A stretch of DNA of 64,000 nt from Candidatus Roizmanbacteria bacterium RIFCSPLOWO2_01_FULL_37_12 (GCA_001789645.1 MGAG01000003.1:7843-71842); one strand, 5' to 3'. Counted from the stretch's first letter, positions 17,363-25,501 are shown. Program-made: numbers and translations. Notes: generated from the sequence alone by a model not told the origin.

Positions 17363-18646
17363 ATGTTTCAGAGAGCGCTTCACTTTATTAAAAGGCCTAC
17401 CAGCAAAAATATAATTATCAATACATTAGGAAACTATCTCAACGTATTCTTTACCGCTCTTTTTGCTTTAATCCTGGTCAGATTGCTTACTCCTTCTCAA
17501 TACGGAGTTTTAAGTGTGCTTTTGGGTATTGCTTACGTCCTTGCTAATATTCTTGATTTCGGCACAACGGCCACTATTTATTCGTATCTGCCCGGATTAT
17601 ATGAAAACAAGTCAAATAATCTCTATAGTTTTATCAAAAGCACCTTTGTTTTTCAGTCTATTTTTTCCTTATTGGTAATTACGGTTCTATTGTTCTCTTT
17701 TCCTTATCTCGATAAGGTTTTTTTTAAAACCGGTGCGCCGCTTGAAGAGTTTTGGCTGACTTCTTTTTCCGTCCTTTTTTTCATCTGGCAAAACTTTTTA
17801 CAAAATATTCTTTACGCAACCAAAAAGTTTGTCAAGACCAATATCTACCTGAATATATCAAACTTGATAAAGACCGGAATAATTTTAATAATGATGTTTA
17901 CTCAAACTGTCACAGTAGGCTCTATCATCTTTGTCTTTGGAATTGTCGGTCCGGTTATTTTTTTTCTCATCCTGCTTTTCGAAAAAAGAAGCGTCCTGAC
18001 CTTAGTTGTTAAAGCGGTGGTCGATAAAAAGGAAGTTCGCTTCGGCTACACTTTTACTTATTTTATTGCCTCCCAATTTTTTAATCTTGGTCTTCGTATG
18101 GATCTCTTCCTCTTATCCTATTTTAGGTCAAAAAGCGAGGTCGGGTACTACGGTCTTTCACAAAAAATCATTCTGACGATCATAACCACGGTAATCAGTA
18201 TTACTCAAGTGCTTTCTCCCTCTTTTGCCAGAATCTCAAAAAAATCAGAAGCCGTATCCCAACTCAGGACGGGATTTATGTACTTACTGATACCGACGGT
18301 TCTATTTCTCTTGCTTTTTTTCACACCCGGTAAAGTTTATGAACTGGTATTCACCGAAAATTTTACCCAAACAGCCGCAATCACCAAAGCCCTGAGTTTG
18401 CCGTTCATTCTCTATACCATAGGAAGCCTTCCCATGTTGTTTCTTCTCTACACGGTAAAAAAACCGGTTTATATTTTAATCTCTAACATTATTTTTTTTA
18501 TTATTTTGACTGTTGGTTGTTATATGGTTATCCCGACTAGAGGAGTCTTTGGACCACCATGGGTCATTGCTATAGCATTATTCATCGCTATAACAATTCA
18601 AATTTACGCAAGTATTATCGAATTCAAAAAAGCTCTTACCCGATGA
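17363..18646 (+). CDS. Wzx-like oligosaccharide flippase (MOP/PST family)
   Basis: 427 aa with about 12 TM segments, in a polysaccharide-gene context. Confidence 0.6.
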   Translation: MFQRALHFIKRPTSKNIIINTLGNYLNVFFTALFALILVRLLTPSQYGVLSVLLGIAYVLANILDFGTTATIYSYLPGLYENKSNNLYSFIKSTFVFQSIFSLLVITVLLFSFPYLDKVFFKTGAPLEEFWLTSFSVLFFIWQNFLQNILYATKKFVKTNIYLNISNLIKTGIILIMMFTQTVTVGSIIFVFGIVGPVIFFLILLFEKRSVLTLVVKAVVDKKEVRFGYTFTYFIASQFFNLGLRMDLFLLSYFRSKSEVGYYGLSQKIILTIITTVISITQVLSPSFARISKKSEAVSQLRTGFMYLLIPTVLFLLLFFTPGKVYELVFTENFTQTAAITKALSLPFILYTIGSLPMLFLLYTVKKPVYILISNIIFFIILTVGCYMVIPTRGVFGPPWVIAIALFIAITIQIYASIIEFKKALTR

Positions 18647-18658
18647 TTTGCCACAATA

Positions 18659-20086
18659 CTACATAGCATTGTAGCGTCTCCACCTTTCCAAAATAATCCC
18701 TCTATAAGCTTTTTTCTCTACAAGACTAAATTTTTGTTCGGCTAAACGCTTCCGATAGTTAACTCCATGTATATCGGCGGTATAGGGAAGGACAAAAAAT
18801 TCTTTTTTATTAATTTTTTTGGGTATATTTTTAAGATCTTTGATTTTTAGATCACTTTTATAATATTTGATCGGATCAGCCGAAGAGGTAATCATATATA
18901 TTTCCGGTTTTCTGGGCAGGCTTTTGGTCAGACTCTTCCAGTCCTCCCTGTGAAAATTTGGGATTAATAAATAAGCAAAAGAAAAGGCCAAAAAACCTGT
19001 CAGAACAAGCCATTTTCCAACGAAGCGGCTAGAGCCGAGTTTGACTCGGTGAAATTTGGCTGATCCCAGTGCTATCAGCAAACATAATACCGGGATCAAA
19101 TATAAAAACCTGAAATACTGAAGCAGGGGAGTGAGTAATGACATAACGGTTGCCAATCCAAGCGAACCGATAATCACAAACATTAAAAATTTATTTTTAA
19201 ATCCTCCTTTTATTGCAAAAAACCAGACTATGCTTGTCCAAAATCCTGCTATAGACCAATACAACCACTTTGGCTCAAAACTAATTCGGCCTATGGAAAA
19301 TTTAATCGGAATTAATAATAGATTCTTTAAATTTGTCTTTCCCAAAACCTGCTTCCAGTTTGGAACTAACTGTAACTGCTCTTTTGCATTAGTAAATTGC
19401 TGATAGAGAAGAGGGGATAGAATTAAAAATGAAAAAATAATGGATAAAAATGAAATTAAAAAATATTTATATTGCTTTCTGTAAAGCAAGTATAAATACA
19501 TTGGGATAATTAAAAAAATAGATCCGTAAAAAGTGACAAAAGAAAGAATCGCGAAAATGTTGAATAAAATAACTTCTTTTGTCATCCCGAATTTATTTCG
19601 GGATCTGGTTTTAGAAAATGCAGATGCTGAAACAAGTTCAGCATGACAAACGGCAAAACAAAAATATAATGCAGCAGTTAATAAAAAAGTTGCCGTCATA
19701 TACATCCTCGCTTCCTGACTATAATATACTATTAAAGGGTTAAACAAAAAAAACGCCGCCGCCCACAGACCAGTATCTTCATTTTTAATCTTTTTTCCTA
19801 ACAAGTAAACGAAATAACCGGCGAGCAAGTTAAAGATTACCGATGGCATTCTTAATGCTATTTCACTGTAGTTGAAGATATTGGTCCAAGCTTTCATTAA
19901 AAGATAATAGAGTGGGGGATGAAAATCGTTCGGCGAAAATCCGCTAACAATCTGTGTAAATCCAAAGTCCCGGACAACTCTTGCCGTGGTCGCCTCATCC
20001 AACCAAAGAGATTGATTGATAGCAATTAAACGGATCAAAAAAGCAACAAAGAATATTATTAAAAGTATCTTCTTGTTCTTAAGCAT
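18659..20086 (-). CDS. GT-C membrane glycosyltransferase (family 39/83, ArnT/PMT-like) with in-frame hairpin-element insert
   Basis: N-terminal QSLWLDEATTARV motif and many TM helices. Residues VCHAELVSASAFSKTRSRNKFGMT are encoded by repeat A4. Confidence 0.65.
   Translation of the reverse strand: MLKNKKILLIIFFVAFLIRLIAINQSLWLDEATTARVVRDFGFTQIVSGFSPNDFHPPLYYLLMKAWTNIFNYSEIALRMPSVIFNLLAGYFVYLLGKKIKNEDTGLWAAAFFLFNPLIVYYSQEARMYMTATFLLTAALYFCFAVCHAELVSASAFSKTRSRNKFGMTKEVILFNIFAILSFVTFYGSIFLIIPMYLYLLYRKQYKYFLISFLSIIFSFLILSPLLYQQFTNAKEQLQLVPNWKQVLGKTNLKNLLLIPIKFSIGRISFEPKWLYWSIAGFWTSIVWFFAIKGGFKNKFLMFVIIGSLGLATVMSLLTPLLQYFRFLYLIPVLCLLIALGSAKFHRVKLGSSRFVGKWLVLTGFLAFSFAYLLIPNFHREDWKSLTKSLPRKPEIYMITSSADPIKYYKSDLKIKDLKNIPKKINKKEFFVLPYTADIHGVNYRKRLAEQKFSLVEKKAYRGIILERWRRYNAM
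19581..19647 (+). repeat. Family-A element, copy A4, inside GT-C ORF 18659..20086
   Basis: GTCATCCCGAATTTATTTCGGGATC, a 17-nt spacer, then GATGCTGAAACAAGTTCAGCATGAC. It is read through in frame on the minus strand. Confidence 0.9.
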
Positions 20087-20093
20087 GGAACAA

Positions 20094-20102
20094 TGATATA
20101 AT
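20094..20102 (+). promoter_or_regulatory. Extended -10 box TGATATAAT upstream of tRNA-Gly
   Basis: TGnTATAAT consensus, 38 nt before the tRNA 5' end. Confidence 0.4.
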
Positions 20103-20140
20103 ATTTTTGATTTTTAATATTTAATTTTTGAAATTTTTAT

Positions 20141-20211
20141 GCGGGTGTAGTTCACTGGTAGAACGACTCCCTTCCAAGGAGTAAGAGGCGGTCCGATTCC
20201 GCTCACCCGCT
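20141..20211 (+). tRNA. tRNA-Gly (anticodon UCC)
   Basis: Hand-folded cloverleaf: acceptor GCGGGTG/CACCCGC, anticodon stem ACTCC/GGAGT, loop CTTCCAA, T arm GGCGG-TCCGATT-CCGCT, discriminator T. No encoded CCA. Confidence 0.88.
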
Positions 20212-20220
20212 CTCGATGAG

Positions 20221-20241
20221 TCCCCTCCACCGCTCAAATTG
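20221..20241 (+). repeat. 21-bp perfect direct repeat, copy 1 (TCCCCTCCACCGCTCAAATTG)
   Basis: It starts 10 nt after tRNA-Gly and is identical to 21351..21371. Confidence 0.95.
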
Positions 20242-20264
20242 CTGATTGGAATGAAAAATAGCAT

Positions 20265-21023
20265 TTAATGTTCATTTATCAGAATATACACAAGTTTGCT
20301 TCTATCCAACATGACGCGGGCCGCTGCCAATCCAACCAGTTCAAACACTTTTTTTTTAGCATTATATCTGATGATTGGAGATCCGCTATTGCCTTTTGAT
20401 AGTACATTTTCCAAATCGGAAATATAACAGGTATTTTCCAAACATTCGCTTATATCTAGACTCTCGACTGAATCGCCCGTAAAAATAAATGGCCACATTT
20501 CGGGTTGGGAAAAACTTAGGTTCCCTTGAGTAAATGAATTTCCGAAAGGGTTCGAAGTAACTAAAAATAATTCTTCTCCAATTCTGGGTTCGTCTTTTGC
20601 TTTTAGTATAAAATTTTTTTGATCGGCTAACTCATTATTAATTGTAAAAGTTACCACATTTTGATTAATTAATGTATTTGCCTGATAAGACCCGTAATGA
20701 AAGTTTTCGGTTAGGAAAAGACAACCAACATCGGCAACTGTTTGAACTGTATTAAAATTATTTTTATCCTGAACACAATGTATGATCGACGTGATTTCGT
20801 TTTTACCTGTAAATACTCCCGTACATGTAGTATCTGTACTCCCATCCGACAAAGGCTGGTTGAAATTTAATTTCATAAAAACCAGACTGTTTTTTACTTC
20901 GGTGATTGAACTGGCTGGCTCAGGAGAAACTTCTCCGTTGGAATTAATTTCGATTAAAGTAGACGGAGTACAAGCAGTAATCAAAATTAACCCTAAAACC
21001 AAAGCAGCCAGCCCCGCTCTCAT
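20265..21023 (-). CDS. Lipoprotein, trypsin-like (S1) serine protease-like
   Basis: Signal peptide MRAGLAALVLGLILITAC carries a lipobox. IIHCVQD is a His-motif-like region and KGNSGSPII is the GxSGxP Ser motif. The listed ORF extends to 21101, but the lipoprotein signal favours the ATG at 21023. Confidence 0.55.
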   Translation of the reverse strand: MRAGLAALVLGLILITACTPSTLIEINSNGEVSPEPASSITEVKNSLVFMKLNFNQPLSDGSTDTTCTGVFTGKNEITSIIHCVQDKNNFNTVQTVADVGCLFLTENFHYGSYQANTLINQNVVTFTINNELADQKNFILKAKDEPRIGEELFLVTSNPFGNSFTQGNLSFSQPEMWPFIFTGDSVESLDISECLENTCYISDLENVLSKGNSGSPIIRYNAKKKVFELVGLAAARVMLDRSKLVYILINEH

Positions 21024-21167
21024 TTTTATTTTATTCGACGGCGATAAGAATTCTGTCTTCAATCCTTTAGCGAAGCTATTCAATTTTTCTAAAACAGCCA
21101 TAGATCACTAAGCCCTATAATATATCTTAAAATCAGGTATGTCAAATTAAAGAATTGTATTTTTCTC

Positions 21168-21350
21168 TAGCGGGATTAGTTTCTGACAAAAGTATTCGCA
21201 TTTTTTGTCGGATCAGGCGTCAGGCCCGAGTGTCTCCTTCCGAAGCTTTAGCGAAGGAGGACTACTTTATCACGGGCTAATGTTGGGCACGGCGGGCAGG
21301 CAAAGAGAAGGTCAGGAGCTATTGTACTGTACGAAACGAAGGCATTCAAA
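21168..21350. ncRNA. GC-rich structured intergenic segment: candidate small RNA or decayed RNA gene (class unknown)
   Basis: Hairpin CTGACAAAA..TTTTGTCGG (21183..21211). Stacked helix GCCC(GA)GTG / CTCCTTC-loop-GAAGGAG / CACGGGC (21224..21277). G+C is well above the surroundings. No ORF is present. Confidence 0.3.
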
Positions 21351-21371
21351 TCCCCTCCACCGCTCAAATTG
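21351..21371 (+). repeat. 21-bp perfect direct repeat, copy 2
   Basis: Identical to 20221..20241. It is preceded by ATTCAAA, giving a tRNA T-loop/acceptor-like string. Confidence 0.95.
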
Positions 21372-21408
21372 ATAATTTAGATTAATACGACAATCTAATT
21401 ATAATTAC

Positions 21409-21699
21409 ATGCAATCGGAAAAATTGTGGTATACTTTTACATATGGAAAAAAAGTTCTTAATTTTCGAGTCATTATAGAGCAAGATGAAGATGGAATATT
21501 TGTAGCGTCAGTACCATCCCTTCAAGGAAGTTACACAGAAGGAGACACCTTTGAAGAGGTTATACAGAATATTCAAGATGCGATAAAACTACATGTTGAA
21601 GCTCAAAAGAAGCGAGGACTACTTCCTGATGATAGTAAAACTGAATTTGTAGGAATAAAAAACCTTTCTATTCCATATGGCATATCTTCCAATTCTTAA
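21409..21699 (+). CDS. hicB: HicB-family antitoxin
   Basis: FRVIIEQDEDGIFVASVPSLQGSYTEGDTFEEVIQNIQDAIKLHVE matches the HicB/UPF0150 fold signature. Confidence 0.8.
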   Translation: MQSEKLWYTFTYGKKVLNFRVIIEQDEDGIFVASVPSLQGSYTEGDTFEEVIQNIQDAIKLHVEAQKKRGLLPDDSKTEFVGIKNLSIPYGISSNS

Positions 21700-21898
21700 A
21701 CCTAATAAACTCATAAAAATTATAGAATAACAAGGATTCAGCAAAGATCGCCAGAGTGGAAGTCACGCAACATTTATTCATCCGGACGGAAGACGAACTA
21801 CAGCCCCAATTCATAGAAAAACCGTAGGGAAAGGACTGCTTCGAAAAATACTTCGCGATATCAAAATTACCCCAGAGGAATTGAAAAGAATTTCTTGA
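21677..21898 (+). pseudogene. hicA: HicA-family mRNA-interferase toxin interrupted by an in-frame TAA at codon 18
   Basis: Own translation: MAYLPILKPNKLIKIIE-TAA-QGFSKDRQSGSHATFIHPDGRRTTAPIHRKTVGKGLLRKILRDIKITPEELKRIS. GSHxxxxHPDGRxTTxPxH is the HicA core. The stop is at 21728..21730. Confidence 0.75.
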
Positions 21899-21921
21899 AG
21901 TATTCAAATTTAGTTAGCCGC

Positions 21922-22290
21922 TCATTTTTTTTGAGAAGATTTTAAAAGAAGATACATTGATTGGGTGAACAAAATCACCAATATCAGGAGTGAAAGGGGA
22001 ATAATAATCGGGTAGTTGATAATGACATAGCTTGCTTTTTCACTAAATGTAGAGTTTACAGCCAAATACAGCGGAGGTTTTTTAAAAACATACTTACTAA
22101 AAAATACATTTGTGGCATAAATTGCACCTATCAACAGTACTATAATTATTGATTGTTCCATTACAATATTTTTACTCTTCCCGTTCTTTTTTCTCAAAAG
22201 AATACCTTTGATTTCAATTAAGACCATCACCAAAACTGAAATCATGTAAAACAAACCTCCTATTCCTGTACCGGGTAAGCCTGTATTCAT
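21922..22290 (-). CDS. Small membrane protein (3-4 TM), last gene of the GT2 synthase operon
   Basis: 122 aa and hydrophobic. It starts 3 nt after the GT2 stop. Confidence 0.5.
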   Translation of the reverse strand: MNTGLPGTGIGGLFYMISVLVMVLIEIKGILLRKKNGKSKNIVMEQSIIIVLLIGAIYATNVFFSKYVFKKPPLYLAVNSTFSEKASYVIINYPIIIPLSLLILVILFTQSMYLLLKSSQKK

Positions 22291-22293
22291 AGA

Positions 22294-23325
22294 TTAATGA
22301 CCCTTTTCATACTGGGTTAGACGTTTTTTTAAAATAATTTCCGACCAATACGCCTCCATGATAAAAATTGCATTTATAAATCTTAAAACAAAAAAAGCCG
22401 GAAAGCTAAAGATAACTTTTAACATTTCCCTACGTTTAAATCCCTGTATAAAAACAGGGATAAAAACAATCGGAGCATCAATAATAAATAATAATAAAAG
22501 CCAAGGAGACTTGAAAATAATTGAAAATATTGGAATAACAAACAAATACATTATCGAGGCAACGATTGAGTCCCAAGTCATAACTGCAATAATATAATTA
22601 AGGTAGGGCACGGTAAGAACATCTTTCCAATGAAGCATTAAATTCTGGACAAAACCATGCGACCAGCGGATTAATTGTTTTCTCATAAAAGAAAAGGTTT
22701 GAGGTTCTATTGGATAACAAACTGCTTCCGGTATAAAGCGAACATTAAACTTTTTTTTATGAAAACTCCAGGTAAGATCCATGTCTTCGGCCATTGTTCT
22801 TGTCGGCCAACCGTGACTTTCTTTTAAAAACTGAGTTCTATATACCGAAAAACATCCTGAAGAAATCAGTGGCTTACCAAAATATTCCTGAATCGGTTTG
22901 TAATAGGTAAAAGCGATCAAATATTCAATATATCTTCCTCTTTCCCAAATTGTATTTACAAAACGGGGAATAACAAATCCACAGGCAGCTGCAGTATTTT
23001 CTTCTTTAAAAGCTTCCAAAAGTTTTTCAACAGCATGTTTTTCCATGGTTGTATCAGCATCTAAAGCCATGACATATTTTGTTTTCACCTTGGTGAGAGC
23101 ATAATTTTGTGCTCCTGCCTTTGATCCTGTATTAGTCGGAGTTTCCAAAACTTCCGCACCCGCTTTTTCAGCTACAACAGCTGTCTGATCAGTCGAATGG
23201 TCATCAACAACAATAACTCTTTTTGGTTTTACCGTCTGCAACTTAATACTCTCAATAGTGTCTAGTATCGATTTTTCTTCGTTATACGCCGGAACAATAA
23301 TGGTTAAGTCTGATGTTTTATTCAT
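22294..23325 (-). CDS. Processive family-2 glycosyltransferase (polysaccharide synthase, PgaC/NodC/chitin-synthase-like)
   Basis: IIVPAYNEE, VVDDHSTD, LDADT, AEDMDLT and RKQLIRWSHG (QxxRW), followed by C-terminal TM helices. Confidence 0.85.
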   Translation of the reverse strand: MNKTSDLTIIVPAYNEEKSILDTIESIKLQTVKPKRVIVVDDHSTDQTAVVAEKAGAEVLETPTNTGSKAGAQNYALTKVKTKYVMALDADTTMEKHAVEKLLEAFKEENTAAACGFVIPRFVNTIWERGRYIEYLIAFTYYKPIQEYFGKPLISSGCFSVYRTQFLKESHGWPTRTMAEDMDLTWSFHKKKFNVRFIPEAVCYPIEPQTFSFMRKQLIRWSHGFVQNLMLHWKDVLTVPYLNYIIAVMTWDSIVASIMYLFVIPIFSIIFKSPWLLLLFIIDAPIVFIPVFIQGFKRREMLKVIFSFPAFFVLRFINAIFIMEAYWSEIILKKRLTQYEKGH

Positions 23326-23380
23326 TAGTTTATTTTGCTTATTTTAATTTATCCCAATCAATAAATAAAAATGAGTGAAT

Positions 23381-24238
23381 TTATCTTTGCTTTTGAGCTT
23401 GAACTTCTACAACCTGTTTCCACAAGTCATGCATTGATTTACCTGTTAAATTTTCAGTAAAACTATAAGCGTCTCTTATTAGAAATTCGTCTAATTCAGC
23501 ATATTCTTCTAAACTTATTACCTTAATTTTTTTAACCCCATTTTCTTCTATTTGAATATATAAGGGGAATCTTTTTCGCGCTATTTGGGAAGTTTTCCAT
23601 CTATCAAAGAGACCACCTGGCTGGAAATATTCCTCTGGATGAGCTGGTTTACCTTTATCTTTTTTTGAAATTGAATCTGTCATTTTAATTAATCTCGATA
23701 TAATTTGAGGATCAGAGGCGGTTTTAAAATCTGGAATCGGTTTTTTTCCAGTGTGCCAATCCATAGAATGCATATGACCTAATAGTTCTTCTGCCTCACT
23801 CGGTTTAAGCATACTATGAAATATTTTTTCGTTAAACCACCCAGATAGTCCTTCTGTAAAAGTCAAGGAATAAGCACCATTACCGGAAAATCTATATAAG
23901 TCATGGCCATAATTTATGACATGCAAATAAGATTTAGGCTTATCACCTCTTAGTTTATTAAACGTATCGTATCTACTTAGTACATCTATCCAAGAATCTT
24001 GATATTCTTCATGAGTCCACAATCCCATTATATCTGTCGTATCCTCTTCCGGTAATATTGAACTAACTTGTCTGCTGATTCTAAACATGTAATCGGGAAA
24101 GTCTGATGCTAGTTTGTCCCAATTTGCTGATCCATTTGGTAATCGGTGCACTTTTGGACGAGGCACTCTTAAAGCCGCATTTGTTCTTTCTGAGATGTGT
24201 GAAATATCAAAAAATTCACCTTTATATGTTTCTATCAT
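23381..24238 (-). CDS. Hypothetical cytoplasmic protein (no motif recognised)
   Basis: 285-aa ORF with non-repetitive composition. It sits between the nucleotidyltransferase and GT2 synthase genes on the same strand. Confidence 0.6.
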   Translation of the reverse strand: MIETYKGEFFDISHISERTNAALRVPRPKVHRLPNGSANWDKLASDFPDYMFRISRQVSSILPEEDTTDIMGLWTHEEYQDSWIDVLSRYDTFNKLRGDKPKSYLHVINYGHDLYRFSGNGAYSLTFTEGLSGWFNEKIFHSMLKPSEAEELLGHMHSMDWHTGKKPIPDFKTASDPQIISRLIKMTDSISKKDKGKPAHPEEYFQPGGLFDRWKTSQIARKRFPLYIQIEENGVKKIKVISLEEYAELDEFLIRDAYSFTENLTGKSMHDLWKQVVEVQAQKQR

Positions 24239-24250
24239 AGATTGTTTCTA

Positions 24251-25003
24251 TTAACTCCTTTTATGAATATATATATTTTGGCTGGCTTGGAGTTCAGGGA
24301 GTCTGTTAATCCCGATTCCGACCTCTTTAAAGGGAACTTTAAGTCCGACTACTTTTTTACTTTGTTCATTTGCAATATGAATCAGGGCATTAATGTAATA
24401 CTCGCCTGAAACTGGAGATTTTTTGATTTTACCAATATTCTTCTTTAAAAATTCATAATCGAAACAGTAAAAACCGGCGTTAAGCTCGGTTATTTTTCTT
24501 TCTTCCGCAGTAGCATCTTTTTGCTCGATATTGTCAACGATATAATGATTTTTATTTCGAATGACGCGGCCCCAGGCGAGTTCATCAGGATTGGCATGAA
24601 CCGTAGTTATCAAAGATAGGGCGGCTTTGTGAAGAAGATGGGATTTGATGAGTCTTTTAACAGTATCTTTTTTATAGAACATCATATGATCTCCGTATCC
24701 AATCAATACCAAATACGGGTTAAGGGAGCCATTTAAACTTTCAAGACCTACTTTTGTCGCATGCCCAGTTCCCAGTCTTTTTTTTTGATAGGCATATTGA
24801 ACATTATTATTTTGAAGTACCTCTTTAACGCTGTGAGAATAAGCTCCCACCACAACGACTATAGGTTCTACAATTCCTTTAAAAAGCTCGACTCCGTAAC
24901 GGATAAGCGGTTTTCCAACAAAAGACAGTGAAACCTTATTCACATTATGAGATCTTATCCTCGTTCCTTTACCTCCAGCCAAAATGATTCCCGCAATTTT
25001 CAT
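24251..25003 (-). CDS. Sugar-1-phosphate nucleotidyltransferase (GlmU N-terminal-domain-like)
   Basis: MKIAGIILAGGKGTRIRS..NKVSLSFVGKPLIRY matches the G-x-G-T-R-(x)n-K pyrophosphorylase signature. There is no left-handed beta-helix tail. Confidence 0.75.
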   Translation of the reverse strand: MKIAGIILAGGKGTRIRSHNVNKVSLSFVGKPLIRYGVELFKGIVEPIVVVVGAYSHSVKEVLQNNNVQYAYQKKRLGTGHATKVGLESLNGSLNPYLVLIGYGDHMMFYKKDTVKRLIKSHLLHKAALSLITTVHANPDELAWGRVIRNKNHYIVDNIEQKDATAEERKITELNAGFYCFDYEFLKKNIGKIKKSPVSGEYYINALIHIANEQSKKVVGLKVPFKEVGIGINRLPELQASQNIYIHKRS

Positions 25004-25015
25004 ATTTAAGTGCCA

Positions 25016-25024
25016 ATTATATCA
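25016..25024 (-). promoter_or_regulatory. Extended -10 box TGATATAAT, 12 nt upstream of the nucleotidyltransferase ATG
   Basis: Reverse complement of ATTATATCA. Confidence 0.35.
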
Positions 25025-25090
25025 AATTACATCAGTAAATTCTACAGCAGTAAAGGGTTATAAGGTTATGAAGTCTGTTTGGAAGAATGG

Positions 25091-25501
25091 TTAGGAAGTT
25101 GGTCTTTTAAAATTAGTCCAGGCTTTTGAAAGTTTATAAAGTTGCCTCCCGGAAATATCATAGATTTTAATCAATTCGTTAATTTCTTTCTCATGTAACA
25201 TATAGAGATCTTTACATTGTTCTAGACTTACAATTGTTTCATTACATTCAGCTATCGCATCGTCTAAATATTTTTGAAATCCAGCTTTTTGATGACGTTT
25301 TCCATATCCCTCGGCAACCAAACGGGGGATAGATTTACAAGATCTGCTTAGTTGATCTCTTAAATCATATTTCTCACTGTCAGGTAATTCTGGAACTATA
25401 TTTTTCATCACTAACAACATTGCTCTATAAGTATTCTGATAAACATCTAAATCTCTAAACGATCTTATTGGTTTTTTCACTTCAGATTTTTGATTGTCCA
25501 T
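25091..25501 (-). CDS. Four-helix-bundle protein (23S rRNA intervening-sequence protein / Avd-like family)
   Basis: FRDLDVYQNTYRAMLLV...LRDQLSRSCKSIPRLVAEGYGKR..FQKYLDDAIAECNET is typical of this family. Confidence 0.75.
   Translation of the reverse strand: MDNQKSEVKKPIRSFRDLDVYQNTYRAMLLVMKNIVPELPDSEKYDLRDQLSRSCKSIPRLVAEGYGKRHQKAGFQKYLDDAIAECNETIVSLEQCKDLYMLHEKEINELIKIYDISGRQLYKLSKAWTNFKRPTS

Noticed and set aside
21168-21371. tmRNA, intron-containing tRNA, SRP RNA or RNase P RNA in the GC-rich gap.
   Set aside because: - The TTCAAAT-CCCCT-CCACCGC-T string has no complementary T-stem or acceptor 5' strand.
- The length of about 200 nt is too short for tmRNA or RNase P.
- There is no GGAA/AGCA helix-8 motif for SRP.
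- There is no GAGGAAAGUCC for RNase P.

It is kept only as an unassigned candidate.
21728-21730. Alternative genetic code (stop-codon reassignment) as the explanation for the in-frame TAA in hicA and the TGA at 35046..35048.
   Set aside because: All long, well-recognised genes in the window are intact under the standard bacterial code, and they terminate with TAA, TGA and TAG at the expected lengths. Two isolated internal stops fit pseudogenisation better.
25091-25501. Diversity-generating retroelement, suggested by the Avd-like four-helix-bundle gene.
   Set aside because: No reverse transcriptase ORF and no template/variable repeat pair is detectable within the window.
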